A stretch of 64,000 nt of DNA from Candidatus Bathyarchaeia archaeon (GCA_038850515.1 JAWCLV010000004.1:299-64298); one strand, 5' to 3'; positions 54,525 to 64,000 are shown, numbered from the stretch's first letter. A program made the numbers and translations. The notes: generated by a model from the sequence alone, not told the origin.

Positions 54525-56786
54525 TTATTCAAGAACGACTTTACTAAAGAAGTTATGTAAAGCCGATAGAACCCTCGTTTCTCCCATAACTTCGAATTTA
54601 CCAGTTAGCCTTATATCTTCAGAGGAGCTCCCGATCATAACCTCATATAAGCCTGGTTCAACTACAAGCCTCATGTAGCGATCATAGAAGGCAAGCTGAT
54701 CCATAAAGAGGGTAAAGGATAATTTTTTCTTTTCATCGGGCTCGAGCGTTAGTCTCTTAAAGCCCTTCAGCTCCTTTATGGGTCTGGAAACCGAAGCGAG
54801 GGGGTCATGGACATATAGCTGTACAACTTCGTCTCCCCTTTTATCTCCTATATTCTTAATCTCGAAGGTTATCGAAACTCTGCCCGCCGGATTAATCCTT
54901 TCGGGATATATCTTAAGGGACGAATATTCGAATCTCGTATAGCTTAGCCCATATCCAAAGGGGAATAGGGGCTTGGCGCTCATAAATACGTAATCTCTAA
55001 AGGACGAGGCTTTTCTACTATAATACATGGGTATTTGACCAGCATCCTTGGGAATGCTTATAGGCAGTTTGCCTCCGGGATTATAATCGCCAAACAATAC
55101 GTCTGCGACAGCGTTTCCCCCCTCTTCGCCTGGAAACCAAGCCTCGATGATAGCCGAAGCATTCTCAGCCGCCCAATTTATGGACATAGGCCTACCGTTT
55201 ACTAGGACTAGTATAAGCGGCTTTCCAAGGTTCCCCAGCTCTCTGAGAAGCTCTTCTTGGATTCCTGGTAACGAGAGGCTTGTTTGGTCCCTTCCTTCGC
55301 CAGTTACTGCTGGAAGCCTGAACATTCCGGATCTTTCGCCCATTACCGCTATTATGGCATCCGACTTTGAGGCGGCTTCTAAGGCTTCCTTGAATCCCTC
55401 TCTTGATGGATCGTATACGTCGCAGCCCTTGGCGAAATGGATTAAAGTTTGCGGTGAAACCTTGCTTCTGATAGCCTCAAGGATAGAGGCTATTGGAACC
55501 GCCTCTTCCTTGCAATTTAAGTGGACCGTATAACTGTAGTCGCCTAAAAGTCCACGCTTGGTATCGGCGTTAGGTCCCACTACTGCTATGGCTTTTAGAT
55601 CCTTCCTTAAGGGCAAGATCCCATCGTTCTTAAGAAGGACGATGGATTCCCTGGCGGCCCTTAGAGCTAAAGCCCTATCTTCCTTTGTATCGAAGGCCTT
55701 TGAGGCTCCTTCGATATCTACGTAGGGATTATCAAAAAGCCCTAGTAGGAGCTTAGCCTTTAAAACCCTATAAACAGCCTCGTCCACTAAGGCCTCTGAA
55801 ACAAATCCTTCTTTAACGGCCTTAAGTAAAGGTTCACCATAGCATTTGATCCTTGGAAGCTCTATATCAATGCCCGCCTCCAAGGCTTGAACGGCCGCCT
55901 CCATCTCATTGGCCGCAACGTGATGAAAGGTTTTCAGCATTTCTATGGCACCATAATCTGAAACAACATAGCCCTGGAACCCCCATTTTTGCCTGAGGGT
56001 TTCAGTCAAGAGTTCCCTCGAGGAAGCGCAGGGAACTCCATCGATATCATGGTAAGCATTCATGAGGGAATAAGCGCAAGCCATCCTTATGGCGGCCTCG
56101 AAGGGGAAAAGGAAGACTTCCCTAAGCTCCCTAGGAGAAACATGGACTGGTGCGCAGTTTCTTCCACCTTCTGGAAAGCCATGGGCTGCAAAGTGTTTCG
56201 GAGTGGCTACAACGCCAGAAGATAAGGAATCTCCCTGAAGTCCCCTAATGTACCCTACGCCCATATTGGCTACCAAATAGGGGTCTTCTCCGTAGGTTTC
56301 TTCGGTCCTACCCCATCTAGGATCCCTAACGACGTCCAGAACTGGGGCTAGCCCCTGGCACGCCCCTATGGACCTCATTTGTCTTCTGATCGTTGCCGTA
56401 ATCCTTTGAAGAAGATCCGGATCCCATGTGCTCCCTAAGCCAATGGCCTGGGGAAATGTTGTTGCACCATAAGCCATTAGGCCGCTTAAGCATTCTTCAT
56501 GGATTATCGCCGGAATGCCGAGCCTTGTCTCCTCGATCAGAAACCTCTGGATATCGTTGGCTACCTCGGCTACTTTAGAAGGCTCTTTAGGAGAGGCGGG
56601 GCTACCTGCCAAGCGGGTTATCTGTCCAATACCTACGCTAATAGTATTTTGGGCTTTTTCTCTTGAAAATCTTCCATCCTCTAGAAGCTCGGATGCTGGA
56701 ACCGAACCTAGCTGGGCTATCTTCTCCTCAAGGGTCATCTTCCCAAGGATACTTTGGACTTTATGCTGTATGGAACCCGCATCCAT
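54525..56786 (-). CDS. Glycoside hydrolase family 3 (beta-glucosidase/beta-xylosidase)
   Basis: GIGQITR, DPRWGRTEETYGEDP, TPKHFAAHG, VVSDYGAI (nucleophile region), and a C-terminal Fn3-like domain. Confidence 0.85.
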   Translation of the reverse strand: MDAGSIQHKVQSILGKMTLEEKIAQLGSVPASELLEDGRFSREKAQNTISVGIGQITRLAGSPASPKEPSKVAEVANDIQRFLIEETRLGIPAIIHEECLSGLMAYGATTFPQAIGLGSTWDPDLLQRITATIRRQMRSIGACQGLAPVLDVVRDPRWGRTEETYGEDPYLVANMGVGYIRGLQGDSLSSGVVATPKHFAAHGFPEGGRNCAPVHVSPRELREVFLFPFEAAIRMACAYSLMNAYHDIDGVPCASSRELLTETLRQKWGFQGYVVSDYGAIEMLKTFHHVAANEMEAAVQALEAGIDIELPRIKCYGEPLLKAVKEGFVSEALVDEAVYRVLKAKLLLGLFDNPYVDIEGASKAFDTKEDRALALRAARESIVLLKNDGILPLRKDLKAIAVVGPNADTKRGLLGDYSYTVHLNCKEEAVPIASILEAIRSKVSPQTLIHFAKGCDVYDPSREGFKEALEAASKSDAIIAVMGERSGMFRLPAVTGEGRDQTSLSLPGIQEELLRELGNLGKPLILVLVNGRPMSINWAAENASAIIEAWFPGEEGGNAVADVLFGDYNPGGKLPISIPKDAGQIPMYYSRKASSFRDYVFMSAKPLFPFGYGLSYTRFEYSSLKIYPERINPAGRVSITFEIKNIGDKRGDEVVQLYVHDPLASVSRPIKELKGFKRLTLEPDEKKKLSFTLFMDQLAFYDRYMRLVVEPGLYEVMIGSSSEDIRLTGKFEVMGETRVLSALHNFFSKVVLE

Positions 56787-57149
56787 AAGATTCTCCGAAA
56801 AATACTAATCGATTTAATCGATAAAAGACTTACCAAAATTAGAGATGAGCCTACGATGAGAAGGGATCGGATCCCAAGGAGAATCCCAAGAAGATACTAG
56901 GATAAAATGCATCTTTGCAGATAGAGATGTATAGGGGTTCCCCATCGATAAATCGACTTCTGAATGCTGAAAGCCCCTGGCTTTTTATCCTAGGGCCTAT
57001 GCGATCATAGATCGATAAATCTGAAACATTAGGAAAGCTTATCATCGGGCTTCATAGCGTCCTAGGCGCTTAAATACGCTCCGATAGGTTTCTCCTAAAG
57101 GGGTAATGAAGAAAAATCCTTCCTTGAATTCATTCAATTCGAGGTGCTA

Positions 57150-58217
57150 TTAGCGAAGAACGGCATCGAAGACCCGCATATAGTTCTCCCCAAGGATCTT
57201 TTTAACCTCCCTTTTCGAGTAGCCCCTTTCTAGGAGACCCTCAGTTATTAGGGGCATATCGGCCACGTCTTTAAGGACGGCATTCGCCTTAGCCCCTCCC
57301 ATTCCGTCAAAGTCCATCCCCAAGCCTACATAGTCTATGCCTACGAGACCTACGATATAGTCTATATGATCGAGCAGCCTCGAAAGGCTAGGAGCTTGGG
57401 CATCTATAAAGGGCTTGTAGCTCATAACACCTATTACGCCCCCCGCTTCGGCCAAGGCTTTCAGCTGATCGTCCTTCAAATTCCTCGGATGGGGACAAAG
57501 GGAATAGGCGTTTCCATGGGTATCGATGAAGGGCCCCTTAGCCGCCTTAGCTACCTGCCAGAAACCCTCCTCAAGAAGGTGGGAAACGTCTACAAGCATT
57601 CCAAGCCTTCCCATCTCATCGATGAGGTCGAAGGCAAAGGGATCTAAGGGACCTCCTATCGTATCGGACTTACGGTTCTCGTAGCCAGAAAGGGCCACGC
57701 AGCGCAATCCGAGGCGATGGAGGATCCTTAGAGTATCCAAGGTGGCTCCGCTAGGTAACCTTGATTCAATGCTCATCATGAGGGCAACCTTCCCTTCTTC
57801 CTTAGCTTTACGTACATCTTCGGCCTTCCTAGCCAAAGTCAGCTTATCCGGGCTCTTCTCGATTTCGCGATACACGAGTTCTATACAGTCTAAAGCCGCG
57901 GAAAGGCCGAGGAGGTTGTCACCTTTACGCATGCGTGGAAGGGAGACTGCCCTTTCGGGGCGCCTTAAAGCCACGCTTGCTGGTGAATCGGCGTTGCAAA
58001 TCGCCATCATTTGGCAGGTAACTCCACCCTCCATCAACCTTGGAAGATCCATGTCAAAGACTTCCTCATTCCTCTTTGAAAAGTCGACGCCAGGATGGAG
58101 CCAAAGCTCAAGGATGGTGTCAGAATGGGTATCGACTACTATGGATTCCTTGTGAAGGCGCTTTGCATGGTCTTTCATTGCTCCTCTTTCAGAATTAGTC
58201 TTTAACAGGTCCCTCAC
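57150..58217 (-). CDS. Membrane (renal) dipeptidase family M19 metallopeptidase
   Basis: VVDTHSDT, DVSHL, GLGMDFDG. Confidence 0.8.
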   Translation of the reverse strand: MRDLLKTNSERGAMKDHAKRLHKESIVVDTHSDTILELWLHPGVDFSKRNEEVFDMDLPRLMEGGVTCQMMAICNADSPASVALRRPERAVSLPRMRKGDNLLGLSAALDCIELVYREIEKSPDKLTLARKAEDVRKAKEEGKVALMMSIESRLPSGATLDTLRILHRLGLRCVALSGYENRKSDTIGGPLDPFAFDLIDEMGRLGMLVDVSHLLEEGFWQVAKAAKGPFIDTHGNAYSLCPHPRNLKDDQLKALAEAGGVIGVMSYKPFIDAQAPSLSRLLDHIDYIVGLVGIDYVGLGMDFDGMGGAKANAVLKDVADMPLITEGLLERGYSKREVKKILGENYMRVFDAVLR

Positions 58218-58891
58218 CCTAAAGGGATTCTTGATCGTGTTTAAATAAAGTTAGCCTTAGCATTTAGGCTGGATGCGCCTTTCTATCCTTACTGGAGGTC
58301 AAAGCTTCCCTAACAGACATAGATTCCTTAACTTTACACTTTTCCGAGGATAGAAGGGATAAAAAGGGTGAAAACATCTTTCCTTATCGCCCGTCTTGAA
58401 AGCTTTCAGCCTTGGTCTCGATTGGCTCACCTAATCTGGGCTGAAATTCTCGCCATGGATACGGTTCCTTGATAAAAATATTTCCCATTCGTATAGCCAT
58501 TCCTCTTTTTCAGTTTGGCATTTTCTTTCGGCATCTCAGAATCTTCCATATCTTGCAAGCTTGATGTGATAGCGGACATTATGGATCCTTATCCCAAGAC
58601 GGTAATACCCATCTCTTTCTTTTATCCGGCCCCGGGGAATGGAGCTCACGGGCTCGCATCCAAGTATCCTAGGGCTCCGAAGAGAATGATGCATAAGTCA
58701 GACTTCCGAGAAACGCGACTACAACCATAATGTCTATTATAGGCTTCGCCACCATACTTAGTATAGCTGGGCTTCCTATATGCTCCACTGCCCTGCCAAG
58801 GCGACTCCACCTATGGCTTCAGAATTTGCCTTTTCTCCTCAAAGAACAAAGGCCAAAGGAATCTAGCTCATGGACAAAGGGGGATAAAGGG

Positions 58892-59635
58892 ATGATCTCC
58901 ATATCCGAGAAAAAGAGGGCGCTAAGGGCGAGGGTCTGGAGTCTCCTCGAGGAGAGGGGAGTGGCAAAATTCCCAATGCCCCCATACGGAAGAATCCCGA
59001 ACTTCTTGGGGGCTGAAAAGGCTGCTAGAAGGATCCTCGAGATGGAGGAGTTCATAAAAGCTAGGGTTGTGAAGGTGAACCCAGATTCTCCTCAGATGGA
59101 AGTCAGGAGGGGCGTTTTGGAGGCTAGGAAGGTCTTGGTGATGCCATCTCCGAGGTTGAGGGAAGGATTCCTTGTTTTGAAGCCTGAGAGAATCCCTAGG
59201 AGCCTTTTTATCAAGGCTGCGACCATCTCTGGCGCCTTCCATCTGGGCGTAAGGGCTGATCTTGAAGATCTTCCTAGCGTTGATTTTATAGTCTGTGGCT
59301 CTGTAGCTGTCACATTGAAGGGTGAAAGGATCGGGAAGGGAGGAGGCTACAGCGAGCTCGAGTATGCGATTCTAAGGGAGCTCGACCTAGTCGGGGATGA
59401 AACTCCCATAGCGACATCTGTCCATGAGCTCCAGATAGTCTATGATATCCCCCTCGAGGAGCATGACTTCTCCGTGGACTATATAGCGACGCCCGAAAGG
59501 ACAATCAGGACTACGGGTCCTAGGAGGAGACCGAGGGGAATCATCTGGGAAAAACTCTCCGAGGAGGAGATAGAAGCGATGCCTCTCCTTAAGAGACTTA
59601 AAGAGAATCCATTTCGGGGAAAGAAGGTTCGATAA
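58892..59635 (+). CDS. 5-formyltetrahydrofolate cyclo-ligase family protein (COG0212-like)
   Basis: Family-like from MISISEKKRALRARVW.., with the GKGGGYSE motif. The 54 upstream in-frame codons of track ORF 58730 look non-coding. Confidence 0.65.
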   Translation: MISISEKKRALRARVWSLLEERGVAKFPMPPYGRIPNFLGAEKAARRILEMEEFIKARVVKVNPDSPQMEVRRGVLEARKVLVMPSPRLREGFLVLKPERIPRSLFIKAATISGAFHLGVRADLEDLPSVDFIVCGSVAVTLKGERIGKGGGYSELEYAILRELDLVGDETPIATSVHELQIVYDIPLEEHDFSVDYIATPERTIRTTGPRRRPRGIIWEKLSEEEIEAMPLLKRLKENPFRGKKVR

Positions 59636-59866
59636 GTGGAAACTCTAAGTTGTCGGAGGTTGTTCAGGTACCGTGAATCTGTGTATTACTTTTCCATATT
59701 TAGTCATGGATGTTTAGGGCTTAAGTTCTCATAACCATTGTTCAGGACGGAAAAAGCCTCCTTCAAGCGACATGTTACTCCGTGTCATCTTTGAGTTGGG
59801 AAGATGATCGAATTTCTATGGGTACTGGGAAGGCTAGAAAAAGGCTTAGGTGAACATTTAAACATC

Positions 59867-60256
59867 ATGGAATTCAAGCTGAATAAGGGGCGGGATGTTA
59901 CCTTGGGTCATGTCTGGGTTAAGACGAAGATAGGCGACGAGGACTGCAACAAGCTTATCGAGGTTGATGCCTTAGTAGATACTGGCGCTACGCTCATGAT
60001 TATACCCCGCAAGTTGGCTATGGATCTCAAAATAAAGGCGACTGGAAGATCAGTTGTGGAGACTGGAGCAGGAAGATTAGAGCTTGAGCGCTCAAGGGTA
60101 TGGATTGAGCTTGAGGGGAGAAGTGAGGTCGTGCCAGTACTGATATCAGATGTCATAGATAAAGTGCTCATTGGTGTAACAACCCTAGAAATCTTAGGAT
60201 TGCGAGTGGATCCCCTCACAGGGAAACTTAAAGAGTGGACGCTTCTACTCTATTAA
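59867..60256 (+). CDS. Retropepsin-like (clan AA) aspartic protease
   Basis: ALVDTGATLMIIP is the DTGA active-site motif, in a protein of about 129 aa. ATG 59867 is preferred over track start 59804. Confidence 0.7.
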   Translation: MEFKLNKGRDVTLGHVWVKTKIGDEDCNKLIEVDALVDTGATLMIIPRKLAMDLKIKATGRSVVETGAGRLELERSRVWIELEGRSEVVPVLISDVIDKVLIGVTTLEILGLRVDPLTGKLKEWTLLLY

Positions 60257-60439
60257 GCATATTATTGTAAACATTAGAAATATTCGGAACATTTTTCTTG
60301 ATGAGGTTGGCGATTAGAACGCTTCCTTGTATTTCATGGAAGTAAACAAATTTTTCAAGGGATAGCGATGCCTAATTTAAGATAATTCTTATGATATTAA
60401 TATTCATTTCTAAAAAAGAGAATTAAGAAAATAATTTAA

Positions 60440-60742
60440 TTATACTTCAATGAGCTCCTCCTTCGGTATGAAACGCATGTACCATCTTTCCAGAAGCCCC
60501 TTCGTGGCGATATGGAGTTCCACAGGCTCCTCCACAGCCTTATAGACTTTGACCATCATTTCATACTTTCGCTCGATTGCCTCAGTGACTATTAGGATGT
60601 CTATGTCGCTCATCGCCGTAGCTTCGCCCCTCACGACTGAGCCGAAAACGTAGACCCTGGCCCTCGGATCCATGGAGAGCACTATTCCCTTAACTTTTCT
60701 TGCCACCTCTTCATAGTTTTTCGTCAGATTTTTAGGATTCAT
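60440..60742 (-). CDS. Minimal nucleotidyltransferase (MNT), antitoxin-type partner of HEPN
   Basis: VYVFGSVVRGEATAMSDIDILIV is the GS...DxD NTase motif. There is a 4-nt overlap with the upstream HEPN gene. Confidence 0.8.
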   Translation of the reverse strand: MNPKNLTKNYEEVARKVKGIVLSMDPRARVYVFGSVVRGEATAMSDIDILIVTEAIERKYEMMVKVYKAVEEPVELHIATKGLLERWYMRFIPKEELIEV

Positions 60743-61185
60743 GAGAGCTCATCCATAAGCTTCTTGAAGGTATCGATCACGAACCTGTGGAGGCTTAATG
60801 CCTCCCTCTCCTCATAACTGTATGGAAGGTATCTAGAGGCTATGTAGGCTTCCTCAAGCCTGGCTATGTAATGTAGCCTCTCCTCATCATCGACCAAGGA
60901 AAGTAGGTGGGGGTAAAGCCCCGCAAGTTCCCTTATAAGCCTCCTTAGAGAATGGGTCCTAGGATAAGAGCCTACCTTTATCAAAAGCTTATACTTCAGA
61001 ATAAGCTGGCAATACTGCTCTAAGCTGAAAACTGCTAGATCCCAATCGCCGTCCTTGAGCAAGGAAGCAGCATTTTTTAAAAAAGCCTCGGCCCTTCTCC
61101 TTATGATATCAGCTTCCTCAAGGGGCATCTTTCGATTCACCAGCACTTGCAAAGGCACGGCATTCTTGATGGGGAATGATACCAT
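60739..61185 (-). CDS. HEPN domain protein (toxin-type partner of MNT)
   Basis: RRRAEAFLKNA and the R-x4-6-H-type motif in YPRTHSLRRL. Met at 61128 is an alternative start. Confidence 0.75.
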   Translation of the reverse strand: MVSFPIKNAVPLQVLVNRKMPLEEADIIRRRAEAFLKNAASLLKDGDWDLAVFSLEQYCQLILKYKLLIKVGSYPRTHSLRRLIRELAGLYPHLLSLVDDEERLHYIARLEEAYIASRYLPYSYEEREALSLHRFVIDTFKKLMDELS

Positions 61186-61427
61186 GGTGCTAATTGGCGC
61201 GAAATCAAGGATCCTTTTTGGAACATTTTCTAGAGAAGTTGAATCGGGCGACTTAATTAAAGCTTCGCTTTGAGGGGGAGCGCCAAGATAGTTCGAATGG
61301 ATAGGAAAGCCCGCTTTTTACCTCCTTTCCTATTCCTCACCTGCCATGGGAAGTTTATTGGCTATAAAAACATCCCTATCCTAAGGCTTACTAATGGCGC
61401 GGTTAATAAGGGCCTTCCAGAATACTC

Positions 61428-62132
61428 ATGATGGCGAAGGTTCCCTTGCTCAAGGTAGACTTCCACGTCCATACTATCCATTCAGATGGAAGGGGGACGG
61501 TTATAGAGGTCCTAGAGATCGCTAGGAAGAAGGGTTTGGATGGTCTGGCCATCACGGATCACGAAACCCTTGGGGGATTCCTCGAAGCCAAATCTTGTAG
61601 GGGCAAAAGGCCCTTCGTCCTTCCGGGCTACGAGGTTCATACGGATGCTGGGCATATCGTAGTCCTAGGCTTGGAGACCCTTCCGAAAGGATCTGGTTAT
61701 ATGTCTTCCATTATACCCTATGAGGATCTTCTGGAATGGGTGAGGGATCTTGGAGGTCTGGCGATTCTTGCCCATCCTGCAGTTGGAAGGCTTCATATGG
61801 AAAGGTGGAGTCGTTGCAGGCCCGATGCCGTGGAAGCCTTGAACGCCTCCTATCCGATCTATGGATACTTCGTTCCTAAAGGGCTAAGAATCGCTGAAGG
61901 GCTGGGGGTACCGGGTATTGGAGGAAGCGATGCCCACTATGCTGAATGCGTAGGTGATGCCTACACGGTCCTGAATCTTGAGTTTGATTCGGGGTTCGAG
62001 GCTAGAAATCCCAGGATTGAAAAGATCTTGGAAGCCTTCAGAAGCCTTAGGGCTGGCTTTGGCGGAGGTCTATCGCCAATAAAGACGCGGATAAGGGTTG
62101 GATTTGGATACGCAATTTCCAGCCTTCTCTAG
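61428..62132 (+). CDS. PHP-domain metal-dependent phosphoesterase
   Basis: VDFHVHTIHSDG, LAITDHE, AHP, GGSDAH. Confidence 0.8.
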   Translation: MMAKVPLLKVDFHVHTIHSDGRGTVIEVLEIARKKGLDGLAITDHETLGGFLEAKSCRGKRPFVLPGYEVHTDAGHIVVLGLETLPKGSGYMSSIIPYEDLLEWVRDLGGLAILAHPAVGRLHMERWSRCRPDAVEALNASYPIYGYFVPKGLRIAEGLGVPGIGGSDAHYAECVGDAYTVLNLEFDSGFEARNPRIEKILEAFRSLRAGFGGGLSPIKTRIRVGFGYAISSLL

Positions 62133-62368
62133 CATTAGCCTGATGGAATAGATCCTAATAAACTGAGGAATTTCTTTTCATAGACCAATGAATGAACACT
62201 ACGATAGGCTTTAGAGGTTTTACTTCCCCGAAAAATGGTTTTTAGATCTGCGAGCCTGTCTGGTCCATAAGGCTTCGAAGGCTTATCCATTCTCTAAAGA
62301 GTGTAGGGAATCATTTCCCATTAACACTTAAGTTTCCAGACCCAAACCTTTGCCTTAAGGGATCGGGT

Positions 62369-63688
62369 ATGGCTTCTCGGCGCTTTGTTGGAATGTGGTG
62401 TTCCTCCTTTCTAGAGGATGCTGGAACGATCCTAGAAAGGATGAGGGAGAACGGTATCAATGCCGTATCGCCCATCGTAGGAGGGGGAAGCCTTGAGGGC
62501 GTCCTCTTCAAACCCCGAAGGGACTATAGTAGCCTTAGGTTTAGAGCCGTTCAGGCGAGGGCTTTAGGCAAGCAATCCATCGAAGGAAGGGACATCCTCG
62601 GCGAGTTTGTAAGGGCGGCTAAGGAGAGAGATATGGCTGTTGTTCCATGGCTTGTCTGCTTCAACAATGAGCCTTTTGCTAGAAGCTTTCCGGGAGCCAC
62701 TACGGTCGATGTTTTTGGAGGCAGGGGAAGCACCTTCGTATGTCCCAACAATCCTGATATGCGGAATTACTTGGCAAGGCTCTATGCGGATATGGTGGAG
62801 AACTACGAGATCCAAGGCATCGATATGGATTACATACGCTATCCGGCGGGACAGGGTCTTACAGGAGGTGTTGGCAGCTACCTTCCAACCCTTACCTTCG
62901 CCTCCTACGAGTGCTTCTGCGATTACTGCAAGGAAGCTGCCGAGAAGAAGGGCTTGGACTGGAAAAGCATTAGGAGGGACGTGGCAGCCGTAGCCGAGGA
63001 ATCGAAGCAACAGACCCCTGAAACCTTCCGAAGGACTACGGCTTCCCTCCGAGGGATATACGACCTCGTTAGGTTCTTCATCAAGTACCCGAGCCTCATC
63101 GAGTGGCTGCGCTTTAGAACTGAGACCGTCACGGAGGTCGTTAAGGAGATAAGGGATGCCGTAAAGGATGTTAATCCGAAGGTTGAGGTTCACGCGGACC
63201 TTTTCTATCCTACGACGGCTTGGATTGCCGGTCAGGACTATGCCCAGCTAAGCGCGTATCTAGATGCCGCTAGACCCATGATCTATATCGGAAGGATGGG
63301 GTATTGGACCGTTCCTGAGCTAAGGCTTCGATGGAAAACCCTTCATGGCATTATACCCGAGGGCGAGATCCTTGAGCATAAGAGCAGGCTATTGGGCATT
63401 GAAGCCCCTGATAGGTTCGACCTCTTCGAGGCTCAAGGCATCTCTGCCGAATGGGATTATTATGAGACCCTTAAGGCTAAGGCTGAGGTGGGCGAGAATA
63501 CAAAGATCTACTCAGGCATAGGAACTAGCGGGAATGCGCCCTGCGCAACCTATGCCCAACCATGGCATGTGGAGATGGCCATAAAGAACTGTGCCAAAGC
63601 TGGGGCCGATGGCTTCTGGTTCTTCGAGTATGGAGCCACGCCGCCTGAGAATATGAGGGCGATAGGGATTACCCTGAGGAACCTTTAG
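62369..63688 (+). CDS. TIM-barrel glycoside-hydrolase-like protein (GHL-type), paralog of 4535-5839
   Basis: GIDMDYIRYP, CFCDYCKEAAEKKGLDW, WLRFRTETVTEVVKEIRDAVKDVNP. Confidence 0.6.
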   Translation: MASRRFVGMWCSSFLEDAGTILERMRENGINAVSPIVGGGSLEGVLFKPRRDYSSLRFRAVQARALGKQSIEGRDILGEFVRAAKERDMAVVPWLVCFNNEPFARSFPGATTVDVFGGRGSTFVCPNNPDMRNYLARLYADMVENYEIQGIDMDYIRYPAGQGLTGGVGSYLPTLTFASYECFCDYCKEAAEKKGLDWKSIRRDVAAVAEESKQQTPETFRRTTASLRGIYDLVRFFIKYPSLIEWLRFRTETVTEVVKEIRDAVKDVNPKVEVHADLFYPTTAWIAGQDYAQLSAYLDAARPMIYIGRMGYWTVPELRLRWKTLHGIIPEGEILEHKSRLLGIEAPDRFDLFEAQGISAEWDYYETLKAKAEVGENTKIYSGIGTSGNAPCATYAQPWHVEMAIKNCAKAGADGFWFFEYGATPPENMRAIGITLRNL

Positions 63689-63830
63689 GGGGAAAGGTTT
63701 CTCCATTCCATAGGGCTTATGTCGCCCAAGATAGCCTCATATCTTCTATAAGTATGCGTATTTCTACAAGCTTGCGGATTTTCAATCTAATGTCATTTGG
63801 CAAGGTTTCTTTTCTTTGCTTCACTTCATC

Positions 63831-63998
63831 TCATCTTAACTTATCATGCCAGAATTTCTTTGAGTAAAACTCTGATAGCCTCCATCTTCTGTAATTCCTT
63901 GCGCCCATACTATGAACGAAGGATGGGATATTCTCCTTTGAGGCTACGATATAGCCTTTCTTATGAGGGGGAACCATGCCAAGCACCCGGGATGGGCG
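63831..63998 (-). CDS. Possible 3' end of a gene entering from the right window edge (unassigned)
   Basis: My translation from the edge is open: RPSRVLGMVPPHKKGYIVASKENIPSFVHSMGARNYRRWRLSEFYSKKFWHDKLR then stop at 63831-63833. No family recognised. Confidence 0.3.
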   Translation of the reverse strand, partial: RPSRVLGMVPPHKKGYIVASKENIPSFVHSMGARNYRRWRLSEFYSKKFWHDKLR

Positions 63999-64000
63999 TG

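Noticed and set aside
56851-57045. A 64-aa minus-strand ORF between the dipeptidase and GH3 genes.
   Set aside because: It has the same orientation as its neighbours, but no SD, no motif and unremarkable composition. The evidence is insufficient.
58730-58891. N-terminal extensions of track ORFs 58730-59635, 59804-60256, 50948-51496, 6913-8091 and 22166-24265.
   Set aside because: Family-like sequence begins at internal ATG codons (58892, 59867, 51017, 6952, 22178). The upstream codons overlap other genes or spacers and lack homology cues.
62564-63193. Long antisense ORFs inside well-supported genes. Examples are 62564-63193, 7234-7809, 32305-32868, 34201-34701, 50599-51048, 49557-49997, 26309-26737 and 23713-24132.
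   Set aside because: Each lies fully within, and antisense or out of frame to, a gene with strong family motifs. None shows a recognisable domain.

Overview
This looks like an archaeal chromosomal window. Hand counts of typical 60-nt lines give roughly 50% G+C. Translation signals are GGAGG-type Shine-Dalgarno motifs, with A/T-rich TATA-like boxes upstream. Hallmark archaeal genes include an aCPSF1-type beta-CASP RNase, a UPF0200/UPF0201 pair, archaeal-type triosephosphate isomerase, the LysW carrier protein, NrpR, a tungsten aldehyde:ferredoxin oxidoreductase (AOR) and a type IA topoisomerase. I support about 58 protein-coding genes. I found no rRNA, tRNA, CRISPR array or intact transposase.

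Content from left to right:
- RNA-processing remnant (aCPSF1, UPF0201, UPF0200).
- Glycan cluster (GH51 arabinofuranosidase, GH-like TIM-barrel protein, PIG-L deacetylase, UroD-family protein).
- Phosphate transporter PiT with its DUF47 partner, then MscL, a secreted beta-propeller protein and TIM.
- Two sugar-acid/amino-sugar-like modules built from enolase-superfamily, DegT aminotransferase and amidohydrolase genes. One also has a tandem DUF3830 pair.
- topA.
- A tight five-gene operon (GltB-FMN-domain protein, tandem Cys4 protein, AOR, polyferredoxin, MoaD-like protein), divergent from nrpR.
- An arginine/lysine block with two ArgG paralogs, argH, lysK, lysZ and a lysW gene. lysW falls below the ORF-track length cutoff.
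- A 688-aa transaldolase-like protein.
- A methylmalonate-semialdehyde dehydrogenase / VOC / 3-hydroxyacyl-CoA dehydrogenase / aldo-keto reductase cluster.
- A low-G+C patch with a radical SAM gene and a B3/4-domain gene.
- GH3, an M19 dipeptidase, and an A/T-flanked islet with a retropepsin-like protease and a HEPN-MNT pair.

All functional calls rest on motif and family recognition by eye. No database search was run.
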